From positions 1 through 64,000 of IMG/VR virus record IMGVR_UViG_3300009152_000030: DNA of 64,000 nt. The stretch is one strand, 5' to 3'. Within the stretch, counting starts at the first letter, position 1; each line of letters begins with the position of its first letter. The DNA is from a virus. Made by a program: the position numbers and the translations under genes. Below, one piece after another: positions 10,383 to 19,956 of this stretch. The notes beneath the pieces were generated by a model. That model was not told the origin of the DNA, made no database searches, and worked only from the letters and a program-made list of their open reading frames with translations.

Positions 10383-10898
10383 CTACTTAGAGATATCTCT
10401 GGTATTGAAAGTATTTGGATTAATACTAGAAAGGTCAGTGAGAAAGGACTCGGCGTAACGGCGAGAGATCTCCTTACGCTCATGCTGAGTCCAGACACTA
10501 GCAGTGCTAGGTGAGATGCCACCTAGAGCAGCAGCCACACGAGTTGAATACTTGGTGGATACAGCATGGACTAGTGAGCGATGCATAGGATGCACCTTAC
10601 CAGTACGAGTACGGTACTCACGGGCCCGCACAAGCGTCGTAATGACGTTGTCAAACTTACCATCAGTCTTGTTACGATTACGAACAAGATTAGTAAGAGC
10701 AGTCGTCGTAATCTTAAGATCACGGCTCACTTGAGCAGTGGAAATCCCACATGAATGGCCAATATCACGTGCACGAACAGCAAAGATATCATTGCCAGTC
10801 GTGGTGTAAGTGTCAATGTTGCGCCAGTAAGCAGTAACATTGTACTCAGATGTAGAACGGATATTAGCTGAGGGATTTGAATTAGTTGTGTCTGACAT
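10383..10898 (-). CDS. Putative HTH DNA-binding protein
   Basis: Two HTH-like segments: STAQVSRDLKITTTAL and STRVAAALGGISPSTASVW. Confidence 0.5.
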   Translation of the reverse strand: MSDTTNSNPSANIRSTSEYNVTAYWRNIDTYTTTGNDIFAVRARDIGHSCGISTAQVSRDLKITTTALTNLVRNRNKTDGKFDNVITTLVRAREYRTRTGKVHPMHRSLVHAVSTKYSTRVAAALGGISPSTASVWTQHERKEISRRYAESFLTDLSSINPNTFNTRDISK

Positions 10899-10912
10899 TC
10901 TGTATCCTTTGA

Positions 10913-11548
10913 TTAGTTTTGATTAGAGTTAATATTAGACAATATAGTCATAAGCGAAAAAATATCTTTTATGTTTTCAGCACTAACAACCTTGGGCAAA
11001 TTAAACAAAAGGTCTTCAACATTGTCTCCTGAGTAAATTCCTTTAGTCCTACGAGAATACATATACGGAATAAGACACGATCTTTCACTTAGAAAAAACG
11101 TATAGTCATGTATATGGTCTAGTAGGTAATGAGATAGGTCTACAAATCTTCCATCGAAATAGAAAATATCAGAATACGGGCTATCTACAACCTTAAGTTT
11201 ATTAGCTTTAATTGCTTGTACACACATTAAATAGGCATATATATCACAATCAATAATTTGATAATTATATTGAATTGCGTATCTCTCATCTCCAAGAGGA
11301 GCAAAATTACTGGGATATGCTATAAGACAAAAATCACCAGGAATAGATTTCCTTATAAGTTTTGTAGTCTTATCAACACTTGCTTTAATATCAAGATCTT
11401 CAAGCGTCCCAGTTTCTTTAAAGTCAATATCATCTGGTCGGTTTTTAAGACCAAAAATTCCAATGTAATTACCAACAAGTCTAGTTCCATACAAAAGACT
11501 AGACAAATTTTCTTGTCTAATCCTTGCAATCAACTTTTCTATATCCAT
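10913..11548 (-). CDS. Hypothetical protein
   Basis: ORF with GAGGAG SD. Confidence 0.65.
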   Translation of the reverse strand: MDIEKLIARIRQENLSSLLYGTRLVGNYIGIFGLKNRPDDIDFKETGTLEDLDIKASVDKTTKLIRKSIPGDFCLIAYPSNFAPLGDERYAIQYNYQIIDCDIYAYLMCVQAIKANKLKVVDSPYSDIFYFDGRFVDLSHYLLDHIHDYTFFLSERSCLIPYMYSRRTKGIYSGDNVEDLLFNLPKVVSAENIKDIFSLMTILSNINSNQN

Positions 11549-11549
11549 T

Positions 11550-12134
11550 CTACTCCTCTAGATGTCTTGTTTTGTCATTCAAATCAGACAAACAAGAAAA
11601 ATCAAAAACAAAATGTTTAAACATTTTAGTCTTCTTAAAGTTTTTGTCTAAAGTTAATATTTTGTAGTGACATATTTTATGTTTTTTACTAAGATCAAGA
11701 ACAATATTCCTTATAGAATCATAGGTTGCATCGTCTCCATTTTTAATATAGTAGACAGTGTTTTCCTCCTCTATAAGGAATACGTTCTTTTTCCTAAAAC
11801 TTTCACTTGGATAAAAAACTATGTTATGACCTAACTTCATATGTAAATAAAAGAATATAGCTAACGTGAGTACAAAGAACGCTCTAGAGTCGGGATGTTG
11901 TTCACATTTTTTTGTATAGTCTTTTATAGCTGCATAAGTTTTTAAATCATAATAGTATTTATCTAAGTCTAAAGTATTTAGAGTTTCTGGAAAGGTAATA
12001 TCTTTCATGTCAACTAAAAGTGTATCACTGAAGTAATCAGTAATATTTAATACTTTAGTATAGAACCATATTACTATCTGCCAGATAACCTGATCATTAG
12101 TTAAGTTTAGCGTATCTATCTTGTTGACGCTCAA
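11550..12134 (-). CDS. Hypothetical protein
   Basis: ORF in the operon. Confidence 0.55.
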   Translation of the reverse strand: MSVNKIDTLNLTNDQVIWQIVIWFYTKVLNITDYFSDTLLVDMKDITFPETLNTLDLDKYYYDLKTYAAIKDYTKKCEQHPDSRAFFVLTLAIFFYLHMKLGHNIVFYPSESFRKKNVFLIEEENTVYYIKNGDDATYDSIRNIVLDLSKKHKICHYKILTLDKNFKKTKMFKHFVFDFSCLSDLNDKTRHLEE

Positions 12135-12642
12135 ACTGTCTCCTAAGTCGATAATGATTTTTTAGATAGGCATAGCCTCTAGCTCCGCATACAATACCTT
12201 GATTATAATGGCAAGGCCAATCTTCTTTGTAGCGTGTCTCAAGGTGCCTATAAGTATTTATGAACTCTTTAGTTCCACTATATGGATTCTTAAGAAGATC
12301 ACAAGCATCATTGTATTTCATTTTACGCAATTTTTTATTAGGTAGCCATTTAGGTATCTGTTGATACAGGCCGCATTCACCAGAAGAGCCAATTGCCTCT
12401 TTAGTAAATCTGCTTTCTTGGAATGCGACGGCCAGAACAATTGCTTTTTCTTGCTTGGATAACTTTTTGTCAATTGAAGTTTTTTCAATTGCATCCGAGA
12501 TTAAGTATTTATCTGAATCAGAGATGTATTCATATTTATCCAAGATCCGATATGTGTCTGTTGCCTTAATCGCATCGTACTCAATGAGATTTCTCATTGG
12601 CACAATCCAGAATGACAGCAACATTAGTATTTTCGTAAGCAT
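12097..12642 (-). CDS. SLT-family lytic transglycosylase with signal/anchor
   Basis: AVAFQESRF (catalytic Glu), GSSGECGLYQ, HYNQG; hydrophobic N-terminus. Confidence 0.8.
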   Translation of the reverse strand: MLTKILMLLSFWIVPMRNLIEYDAIKATDTYRILDKYEYISDSDKYLISDAIEKTSIDKKLSKQEKAIVLAVAFQESRFTKEAIGSSGECGLYQQIPKWLPNKKLRKMKYNDACDLLKNPYSGTKEFINTYRHLETRYKEDWPCHYNQGIVCGARGYAYLKNHYRLRRQFERQQDRYAKLN

Positions 12643-12654
12643 TTTCTCCTTGTA

Positions 12655-13050
12655 TTACAATGCGCTAAACAACCCTCCTCCATTAGAATAGATTACCTTT
12701 TTCAAAGGATACCAGCTAATGAGCTCTTCGCAGAGCGCACAAGGCTTACTATTCTTAAGCTCAAGAGTGTTAGGTTGAACCCTAACTACATACAAGCTAG
12801 CACCACTAAGGTCGCTAGTAGGGAATCCATGTAGACATGTCATCTCAGCGTGCATCGTATCTCTCAAGCTATTCGGGAAGTTATGCTTTAGGAATGGGGA
12901 ACCTTTGACCGTGTTAAAACCGGTACTAATGATTGTACCACCCTTAATGAGGACTGCGCCATGGCAGAACCTCTCATAACTGGATCGTCTAGCTTGTTTA
13001 ATAGCAACTCGAATATATCCTAGTTCTTTCTTACTGAGGTTATACTCCAT
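12655..13050 (-). CDS. Zn-dependent cytidine/dCMP deaminase-family protein
   Basis: HGAVL, GFN, HAE and SKPCALC. Confidence 0.85.
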   Translation of the reverse strand: MEYNLSKKELGYIRVAIKQARRSSYERFCHGAVLIKGGTIISTGFNTVKGSPFLKHNFPNSLRDTMHAEMTCLHGFPTSDLSGASLYVVRVQPNTLELKNSKPCALCEELISWYPLKKVIYSNGGGLFSAL

Positions 13051-13062
13051 AAATTATTTCCT

Positions 13063-14211
13063 TTATTCGTAGTCTCTTAATGCTTTTGCATATGGAAACC
13101 TAGGTACCCCATCAGGGGTAAGATTGAAATATTGAATAGTTACCTGCTTACCTATAAGTGAATCTTTGTTCTCCCATAGTCTCACAAGATAATCATGAGG
13201 GCCCATAATATTACTATTAAAGTGGCGACCGTCTGACATGACCAGAGTAAATGCCCCAGCCATGCCAGACTTGTTCCCCTCGCCCTCAACAACACTAACA
13301 ATCTCATACTCGCTATCGATAAACTTCTTAAGCTTTAGAAGATTCTTACTTCGCTTATTTTCATAAGCAGTATTTCTTCTAAGCATAAGACCTTCATATC
13401 CTTCCTTAAGATATGCACTAAGCTTAGCCTGGACTTCTTCCTGGCTGTTTACAGTGTGTGTTTCAACTGTTGTGACATATTTCATGTCGATCAGTTTCAT
13501 ACCAAACGTATTGTATTGCTTAAAGAACTTAAGACGGTCAATGAAGTTACCACTTACCATATTGTCGTAGCACCAAAATTGAATATACTTCTTGCTTTCA
13601 GCAAGCTGAGCATCGTCAATCTTCTGTCGTTTAACAAGCTCTACAATCCTATTAAAGTTATCCTTAAATTCATGATTGTAAAGCTCGCCATCTAGTTGTA
13701 CATCTGGGCATTTCTCAAAGAATGGCTCAAGAGCTGAGTTGATATGAGGGCATGAAACAATCTTTTCATTGTTTCTAGTCCACATACCATCCTTATTGAT
13801 CCGGCACCGAATGCCATCTAGCTTAGGCTGAGTATAAGCAGGCCAAGTAATGTCATCTGCGTAGTCATCGTAGTTCTTAGCGAGCATTACCTGGTAAGGT
13901 AGAGCCTCATCTACGTTTTCGACAGTCTCAGTATAACCTTTCTTGATCTGTTTATCCCATTTAGCCTTTGCTTCCTTAGCTGCCTGGTCAGCAGCAGTAG
14001 TCGCATTTTTCTTGCCAACATTCATTGGCCCACAAACAGTAGGCTTACTGGTAGTTTTAACACCATCAATATGCCCACTTGTTGTGTAAAATGAACCATT
14101 ACCTAAAACGGCAATAGTCCATTCCTCAATTTTATTGCCATTTACCTTCCTATAAAGGGTAGGCAAAAAGTAATTAGTTACACTATCATCAGTAGTTTCT
14201 ACTTGTTCCAT
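13063..14211 (-). CDS. ATP-dependent DNA ligase
   Basis: Adenylation motif KLDGIRC, LDGELY, EGLMLR, LLKLK, PRFP. Confidence 0.95.
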   Translation of the reverse strand: MEQVETTDDSVTNYFLPTLYRKVNGNKIEEWTIAVLGNGSFYTTSGHIDGVKTTSKPTVCGPMNVGKKNATTAADQAAKEAKAKWDKQIKKGYTETVENVDEALPYQVMLAKNYDDYADDITWPAYTQPKLDGIRCRINKDGMWTRNNEKIVSCPHINSALEPFFEKCPDVQLDGELYNHEFKDNFNRIVELVKRQKIDDAQLAESKKYIQFWCYDNMVSGNFIDRLKFFKQYNTFGMKLIDMKYVTTVETHTVNSQEEVQAKLSAYLKEGYEGLMLRRNTAYENKRSKNLLKLKKFIDSEYEIVSVVEGEGNKSGMAGAFTLVMSDGRHFNSNIMGPHDYLVRLWENKDSLIGKQVTIQYFNLTPDGVPRFPYAKALRDYE

Positions 14212-15269
14212 GGAAAATATTCCTCCCAATTAACAATTTCTGGATGATCAGAGAAAATCACCTCTTCCTGTAGAAGATTAGGACATTCTCTTTCAATAAT
14301 TCCTGCAATAGTATCCTGCATTTGCTTAAGCGCTTGGCAAACAACAAGCTCATTCTGATAATAAAATTTAAATGGATTACCATCCTGAATCCTATTAAGA
14401 ATATCGCCTTTGTTAATGACAACATTAGTTACACCAGACAGACGAATCGCAGAAATCATCTTATCAAGATTAAGATAATTAACAATTCTTTGACGTCCAG
14501 TAGTTGTACCCTGTTCCTTTCCAAGCCTGCCAATCTCAGCAAGAACTGGATCCGTCATAAGACTAACAGGAAACATAGGATCAGCACCACTCTTTGTATC
14601 GTACATCTTACCAACGCCAATAATACGATAAATATCTCTAGGAGAAAACCCAAGAGAACAAGCATTATATGGCAAGGTAGAACTACTAGTAACATATGGG
14701 TATGATCCATGATCAATATCCAACCAAACGCTCTGTGCACCTTCTGCAAGAATGCAACCAAAAAGTTTCTCATCCCAGATCCACTTAGGATCAAGTAGTT
14801 CAACTGCCCGAATTCCTTTACGTAACATCTTATCTGAGTAACACGGAGCAATACCTTGTCCTGTAGTACCAAGATGCGAAAGATAATTAGTGTCATAGCT
14901 AATGTGATCTTGAGTAATTACATGAGCCTTAGGCGAAACTTTAACAAGGCTTGTATCAAATCCATTAGCTTCAAGATAGGCAATCTCTGCCATAAACTTG
15001 CTAACGTTAATTACGCAAGCAGGGCCAATAATACTGGGAACGCCGTGGAATACACCACTAGGGATAAGGTGAGTCTTGTACTGCTTACCATCAAGGTAGA
15101 CAGTATGACCTGCATTAGGGCCACCATTAAAGCGACAAACAAAGTCATATTGTTGGTAGTCAACAAGTGAGCTAACAATCTTGCCTTTGCCTTCGTCTCC
15201 CCAGGCAAGTCCAACAACAATATCAACAAATTCTACTTCTCGAGAAGCAGAGTAATTATTAGATTCCAT
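14199..15269 (-). CDS. purA: Adenylosuccinate synthetase (short form)
   Basis: GLAWGDEGKG (catalytic Asp retained), GGPNAGHT, GTTGQGI, EGAQ, YPYVTSS, GTTTGRQR, NKGD. Confidence 0.9.
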   Translation of the reverse strand: MESNNYSASREVEFVDIVVGLAWGDEGKGKIVSSLVDYQQYDFVCRFNGGPNAGHTVYLDGKQYKTHLIPSGVFHGVPSIIGPACVINVSKFMAEIAYLEANGFDTSLVKVSPKAHVITQDHISYDTNYLSHLGTTGQGIAPCYSDKMLRKGIRAVELLDPKWIWDEKLFGCILAEGAQSVWLDIDHGSYPYVTSSSTLPYNACSLGFSPRDIYRIIGVGKMYDTKSGADPMFPVSLMTDPVLAEIGRLGKEQGTTTGRQRIVNYLNLDKMISAIRLSGVTNVVINKGDILNRIQDGNPFKFYYQNELVVCQALKQMQDTIAGIIERECPNLLQEEVIFSDHPEIVNWEEYFPWNK

Positions 15270-15277
15270 GAATCTCC

Positions 15278-16336
15278 TTAAAAGGCATAACGAACTTGGC
15301 ACCAAGGAATAAATTTCTTAATGCCAGAACAAAAAGCTTTGACATTCTCACCTTTAAGTCCGTACTTATAGCAAAGCACATCGGCTTTATTAGCTTTGAT
15401 TTGCTGATTCTCAGGAGTCCAGAGAAATTCTTCACCCTTGGGATTCCATTGCATGTTAATATCATGCAAGTCAGAGCTATGAGTTAGGAAAATAACCTCA
15501 GATTTCATCTGAAGCTTAGCTTTATCTGTTAGCTTGGAGTCCATAAGTTTCCAAAGCTCAACCCAATCTTTTTTCCACTGCTTATCTCCGTACATAATTA
15601 CAGGAGAAAAGTTAGCATGAACTTCATAGCCAGCCTCAACAAGTACATTCATTGCATCAATGCGATCTTCAATAGGTGAAGTCCTAATATCAACATACTT
15701 AGATACTGTTTGTGGCATTAGGCTATAACGAATTCTTGTACGATCTCTAGGATCAAACTTTAAGAATGGATCAATATTAACAGTTTTAGTTGCAAAAGTC
15801 AACTTACCATGCTTGGTGCTCTTAATAGCTTCCATTAGTACAAATGGATTATCGCTAATCATTGCGTCAATGCTAACATCATTATTATTACCAATGTCAT
15901 AAATCCAGTATTCCGGATCACATTGATTAGGTTCGTTCTTAGGGCCAAGGGCATTGCAATGATCTACAATGCTTTGTGCAACCTTTTCACTATTAAGAAA
16001 TACTGTCAAAGGATTACTGCCACCCTTGCGCCTAGCAACATAGCAATACTGACATGCACTTAAGCAGCCATTACTATGTGATGGAGCAATAAAGTCTGAA
16101 CTTCTACCGTTAACTGTGCTTTCTAGAATCTTAAGCTTACCAAGGACCAAGATGTGCTTCTTGGCCTTAATCCAATCAATAGGATCCATATCTACTAGAT
16201 CTGGAATCTTCCAGTGACTAGCAACTTTTTTAACCTGCGCATCAGGAAATCTATTTAGAATAGAATCAAGTCTGTTTTGCTCAGGCTGTGAATAGTTATT
16301 ATTCTCTACATAGATAGTCTTAAAGTCTAGTTTCAA
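15278..16336 (-). CDS. Spore photoproduct lyase-family radical SAM protein
   Basis: GCLSACQYCY (CxxxCxxC), FATK, RIRYSL, RIDAMN, NFSPVI, EVIFLTH; TTG start. Confidence 0.8.
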   Translation of the reverse strand: MKLDFKTIYVENNNYSQPEQNRLDSILNRFPDAQVKKVASHWKIPDLVDMDPIDWIKAKKHILVLGKLKILESTVNGRSSDFIAPSHSNGCLSACQYCYVARRKGGSNPLTVFLNSEKVAQSIVDHCNALGPKNEPNQCDPEYWIYDIGNNNDVSIDAMISDNPFVLMEAIKSTKHGKLTFATKTVNIDPFLKFDPRDRTRIRYSLMPQTVSKYVDIRTSPIEDRIDAMNVLVEAGYEVHANFSPVIMYGDKQWKKDWVELWKLMDSKLTDKAKLQMKSEVIFLTHSSDLHDINMQWNPKGEEFLWTPENQQIKANKADVLCYKYGLKGENVKAFCSGIKKFIPWCQVRYAF

Positions 16337-16339
16337 GCT

Positions 16340-16972
16340 TTACTCCACGGTTGTGAATTCTGTCATATAATGGTCGCTTGTCTGCATAGCACGCAGATCT
16401 TCGACGGAATAAATATTCATGTCAATGAAGTAGCCAGGATTATTACGAATTCGATTACTAACCCAAGCAGAATCAATCCAAATGCAGCGATTGTTCGGAT
16501 AGGCAAAATAGTTGCCATCCATACCTGCAAAGAAGTGAGCACACTTGTGCTCTGGAGTTTCTGAGAAGTTGACGTCTAGCGCGCCCGCCTTGTTCTCCCA
16601 AGACCAGTCTAAAGTAAATAGATACTTACCTGTACGTCTTGTACCAGTAGGGCCAATAAGCTCTGCTGAGAGTCCTGCTAGCCGCGCTCTAACCTGTACA
16701 TCAATGTATGGCGAGAAACAATCCCAGTAAACGTGCTCTGTCAAAGGCAAGATTGGCGCATCCTTCTTCCAACAAAAAGCTGTAATAGGACGACGAGTCC
16801 AATTTACTCCATTGTCAAGAAAAGCCTCAAACAATGGAACCCGTTTCTCAATAGAAGCTACTGAGTGTACGTCACAGGGAGTAAACTCCCCATGACCACT
16901 AGTATGATTGAACAAGTACTCGTTTCGAATCAGACAAGTAACTGTAGGGATATTATGGTTTAGATAAGACAT
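16340..16972 (-). CDS. Phage hypothetical protein
   Basis: ORF with WDCFS, YLFTLDW and YPNNR motifs. Confidence 0.7.
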   Translation of the reverse strand: MSYLNHNIPTVTCLIRNEYLFNHTSGHGEFTPCDVHSVASIEKRVPLFEAFLDNGVNWTRRPITAFCWKKDAPILPLTEHVYWDCFSPYIDVQVRARLAGLSAELIGPTGTRRTGKYLFTLDWSWENKAGALDVNFSETPEHKCAHFFAGMDGNYFAYPNNRCIWIDSAWVSNRIRNNPGYFIDMNIYSVEDLRAMQTSDHYMTEFTTVE

Positions 16973-16980
16973 TTTATACC

Positions 16981-17346
16981 TTAAGGAGCGCCATCCAATG
17001 CATCAATAAGAGCCAATCCTTCAAGAGGATAGCCCCAAGCATTACAAGCTCTGCCCTTAACTTCCCATCTGGGGATAGCATAGAGATCATCCATTGCTTT
17101 GCCTTCACCCATTCGTACATAAATACTATTGTCCTTGTAAGCTAAGCGGACAAGACTAAGTAGACATCCCACTGTTGCAGGGTCGCTAACATCTGGAAGT
17201 CCACCAGGAAGATCTTCGTATTCACCGTCAGGAATACGAATATAAGATTTAGTCTCAGGAAAATAGACGCGCATACCTCCAATCCATTTCCAATGCTTAG
17301 ACTTCATAGCCCTCTCAAGAGGCTCTCTAACTATAATTAGATCCAT
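16981..17346 (-). CDS. Hypothetical protein, paralog of 17517-17912
   Basis: Shared KHWxWxxGM and PDxSDPATxGCLLxxVR. Confidence 0.7.
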   Translation of the reverse strand: MDLIIVREPLERAMKSKHWKWIGGMRVYFPETKSYIRIPDGEYEDLPGGLPDVSDPATVGCLLSLVRLAYKDNSIYVRMGEGKAMDDLYAIPRWEVKGRACNAWGYPLEGLALIDALDGAP

Positions 17347-17516
17347 TAGTATTCCTCTCTATCGCCAGAAGGCGGCTCAAGATCATAACAATCATTAACA
17401 CCAGCAATACCATGAAGCATTGCTGTTTCCCAATAAGTTTCACTCTCTTCTAGATTCAAATCTTCCATAAAAGTCTCCAGTTATTATTTAGATCTTCAAT
17501 AGGGAGTAATAGATAT

Positions 17517-17912
17517 TTATGGCGCGGCTTCCAAGGCAACAATAAGAGCTTCTGCTTCGGTCGGGCCAACCCATTCACTAGAAAATGAAACGCCCATGCA
17601 ACGCCATTTGTCCCTAAGAAATGAGTATGCCTCAACGAACATTCGGGGGTCACGATGCGCATCTCGCACAACAGCCAGTAAGCAACCAAGCGTAGCAGGA
17701 TCTGAAAGATCTGGAATTGTATCTTGAGTTACCTGTGTTAGATAATTAATGTAGCTTTGATAGCCTAGAACATATCCATCAGAATCAATGCGAATAACAC
17801 GTTGATTACTACTAGTGGACATGCCAATTTTCCATTGCCAATGTTTGCAAGCAATAGCCCGCTGGCCTAACTTGTCAAAATAATCTAAAAGTTCATTTAG
17901 TTCATCTTTCAT
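17517..17912 (-). CDS. Hypothetical protein, paralog of 16981-17346
   Basis: Shared KHWxWxxGM, PDLSDPATLGCLLAVVR and C-terminal ALIxALxxAP. Confidence 0.7.
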   Translation of the reverse strand: MKDELNELLDYFDKLGQRAIACKHWQWKIGMSTSSNQRVIRIDSDGYVLGYQSYINYLTQVTQDTIPDLSDPATLGCLLAVVRDAHRDPRMFVEAYSFLRDKWRCMGVSFSSEWVGPTEAEALIVALEAAP

Positions 17913-17949
17913 TCTAGTAGAATCTCCAGTGATAAAGTAAATAAATAAG

Positions 17950-18031
17950 TGGGAGTAGATGGACTCGAACCAACGTAGACCGAAGTCGGGGGATTTACAG
18001 TCCCCTGCAATTGCCGCTATGCGATACTCCC
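17950..18031 (-). tRNA. tRNA-Tyr(GUA)
   Basis: Cloverleaf GGGAGTA..., anticodon arm GGGGA-CTGTAAA-TCCCC, long variable arm, GGTTCGAGTCC. Confidence 0.95.
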
Positions 18032-18086
18032 AATATAAGTGCTCAGGACGGGACTTGAACCCGTAATTCCAAGGAAGGCAGATTTT

Positions 18087-18774
18087 CTTACCACTATAGT
18101 TTTCACTACCAGCATATGCCGTTTGTGGTCTGGACTATACCTTTACCATAGTATTTCTACATTAGGTAACAACCGTCTAGTCTCTACACTTTCCTTAAAT
18201 GGTTTGCTTTTCTCCAAGAGTCTGTCATAGAATGGCAGTTTGGACAAAGCAACTGCAAGTTTTCTTCTACATTATTTGTCCTGTCTCCATCAATGTGATG
18301 TATTTCCAATTTTATCTGCTCAGAAAGCCATTCTGAAAGATTACATTGTTCGCATTGATGAGTACGCTTTTTTATTAAATGAGGTTTTAGATTAGCAGCT
18401 TTAGAATAAGAACTCCAGTCTTTCAACTGTTGATCTTTATTCCAACCTTTGCCAGTAAAGTGAGAGGTGTCACACAATAGTCTTTGGATGTTCCGTTGGA
18501 CATTTGCGTAATTACCTCCAGCTTGCTTTAGCCCAAGAACTTTAAGTACTTGAGAAATGCTTTTACTAGCCTTAACAGCATCTATTATTTGCTGATCTGT
18601 ATAATCTTTATATTTTCTCATATCAATATTATAGCATAGGTAATGGAGAATAAACTGTGCGTTTGCCATTTAAGGCTTAGCTCGGTATTAGCATGCTAGT
18701 AAACTAGTTTAGCCTTCACCGAATTTGATTGTCTTCACCTATAAGGTTTCCCCTATAGGGCTCAAATTTTCTAT
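18087..18774 (-). ncRNA. Group I intron in the tRNA-Leu(UAA) anticodon (trnL/IC3-like)
   Basis: Inserted after U34 and ends in G; IGS TTGAGCC; P AAATTCGGTGAA, Q AATACCGAGC, R GTGTAGAGACTAGACGG, S AAGGTATAGTCC. Confidence 0.9.
18184..18669 (-). CDS. Intron-encoded HNH homing endonuclease
   Basis: CEQC...LEIHHIDGDRTNN...LLCPNCH; lies between the intron Q and R elements; alternative start at MRKYKDY. Confidence 0.88.
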   Translation of the reverse strand: MANAQFILHYLCYNIDMRKYKDYTDQQIIDAVKASKSISQVLKVLGLKQAGGNYANVQRNIQRLLCDTSHFTGKGWNKDQQLKDWSSYSKAANLKPHLIKKRTHQCEQCNLSEWLSEQIKLEIHHIDGDRTNNVEENLQLLCPNCHSMTDSWRKANHLRKV

Positions 18775-18816
18775 AAGTCTGCTGCGTATGCCGATTTCGC
18801 CACCTGAGCAAAGGCA

Positions 18817-19956
18817 TTACGCCACAAGTTCTTTATACTTGTCACGCAATGCAAAATAAGCTAAGTCTTTAGCCTTAGCTTCAACTTCAAGACTAATATC
18901 AAAAGGTGCGTAAAGTAATAGCTCAGGAATCTCATTTACATAATCATGATGAGATCTATCGTATTCTTTATCTCTACCTTCTGAAATATGCATTAAAGGA
19001 CTATATGCTTTAGAACGCCAATAGTAGAAGTCTGTATATCGTCTAATATCCAGCTGAGAATAAGTATTGTTAATCTCAGAAGGATGATCTATTACAAACT
19101 GAATATTCTTAACATAAGGAGTACGTGTTTTCCACGTAGCAGCAGATGCTTCAAGAGCTTCAGTAAGCGATTCTCCTTCATTGTTAATCTTCCAGTGATG
19201 AACATCTAATGTAATAGGCATGCCAGGAAAATGTTTAATAAGTTTTTGCCATGTCCAGCAACCTTTATCCTCTGTTTCAAGAACAATTCGCTTAAAAGCA
19301 CTAGGAAAAATCTTAAGGAGATGTAGTAATCCAACATTAACATTATTTCCAGTAATAGCTGGGTCTTGAGCGCCTCTGCTAACATGAATATTCAAAGGGC
19401 AAGAGTAGTCTTCAGGAGCGCCAATCCAGTCAAGAAACATAGCATGAGCAATGAGCTCTGACTGAGATGCTAACTGAACAACAGGTGAAGCACCAAGACT
19501 AACAAACTCTGGAGGATGCATGCTTAATCGCCCGCCTCCTTCTAGATATTTTTGAACAGTCTTCTTCAGCTTAAGCTCAAGGCCATTAAAGGCACCGTCA
19601 AACCTACCTTTGATCATAGAGATAAAGACTTTAGATGGTTTAAAGTCGTGTATGCTAACGTTATAACTCCATAACGGGAAAAGGCTACTGCTAATTCTAT
19701 ACAACTTAATATTGTTAGCAATGTTGTAATCTAGAACAGCAATTAGCTCTTTAATATTATGAACATAGATATTGAAAAGAACTTTAGCGCCGCTTTCCAT
19801 ATGATCATAGTGCGCATACCAGTCATCAAGATGACGCCAACTGCCATCAAACGGAACTGGCCAAAAGTCAAGAGTCTTAATTTTCTTAAGAGTAATAGTC
19901 TTAAAGTTAGTTTTATGCGTCCCTATGCTATTACAACAATAGCCAAGTGTGATCAT
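18817..19956 (-). CDS. uvsE: UV-damage endonuclease (UVDE)
   Basis: LGYCC, YRISSSLFP, RLSMHP, NIHV, LETED, LDVHH, HISE, HHDY, EAKAKD. Confidence 0.9.
   Translation of the reverse strand: MITLGYCCNSIGTHKTNFKTITLKKIKTLDFWPVPFDGSWRHLDDWYAHYDHMESGAKVLFNIYVHNIKELIAVLDYNIANNIKLYRISSSLFPLWSYNVSIHDFKPSKVFISMIKGRFDGAFNGLELKLKKTVQKYLEGGGRLSMHPPEFVSLGASPVVQLASQSELIAHAMFLDWIGAPEDYSCPLNIHVSRGAQDPAITGNNVNVGLLHLLKIFPSAFKRIVLETEDKGCWTWQKLIKHFPGMPITLDVHHWKINNEGESLTEALEASAATWKTRTPYVKNIQFVIDHPSEINNTYSQLDIRRYTDFYYWRSKAYSPLMHISEGRDKEYDRSHHDYVNEIPELLLYAPFDISLEVEAKAKDLAYFALRDKYKELVA

Larger units (their letters stand above)
18040..18809 (-). tRNA. tRNA-Leu(UAA), intron-split (exons 18809-18775 and 18086-18040)
   Basis: Joined exons give GCAGA-CTT|AAAA-TCTGC anticodon arm; acceptor GCTCAGG/CCTGAGC; T arm GGTTCAAGTCC. 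Confidence 0.92.

Noticed and set aside
14199-15269. PurZ / 2-aminoadenine (Z) genome pathway
   Set aside because: The protein keeps the PurA catalytic Asp (GDEGKG, Ser in PurZ) and the GTP-type NKxD motif; no recognisable DatZ or MazZ nearby
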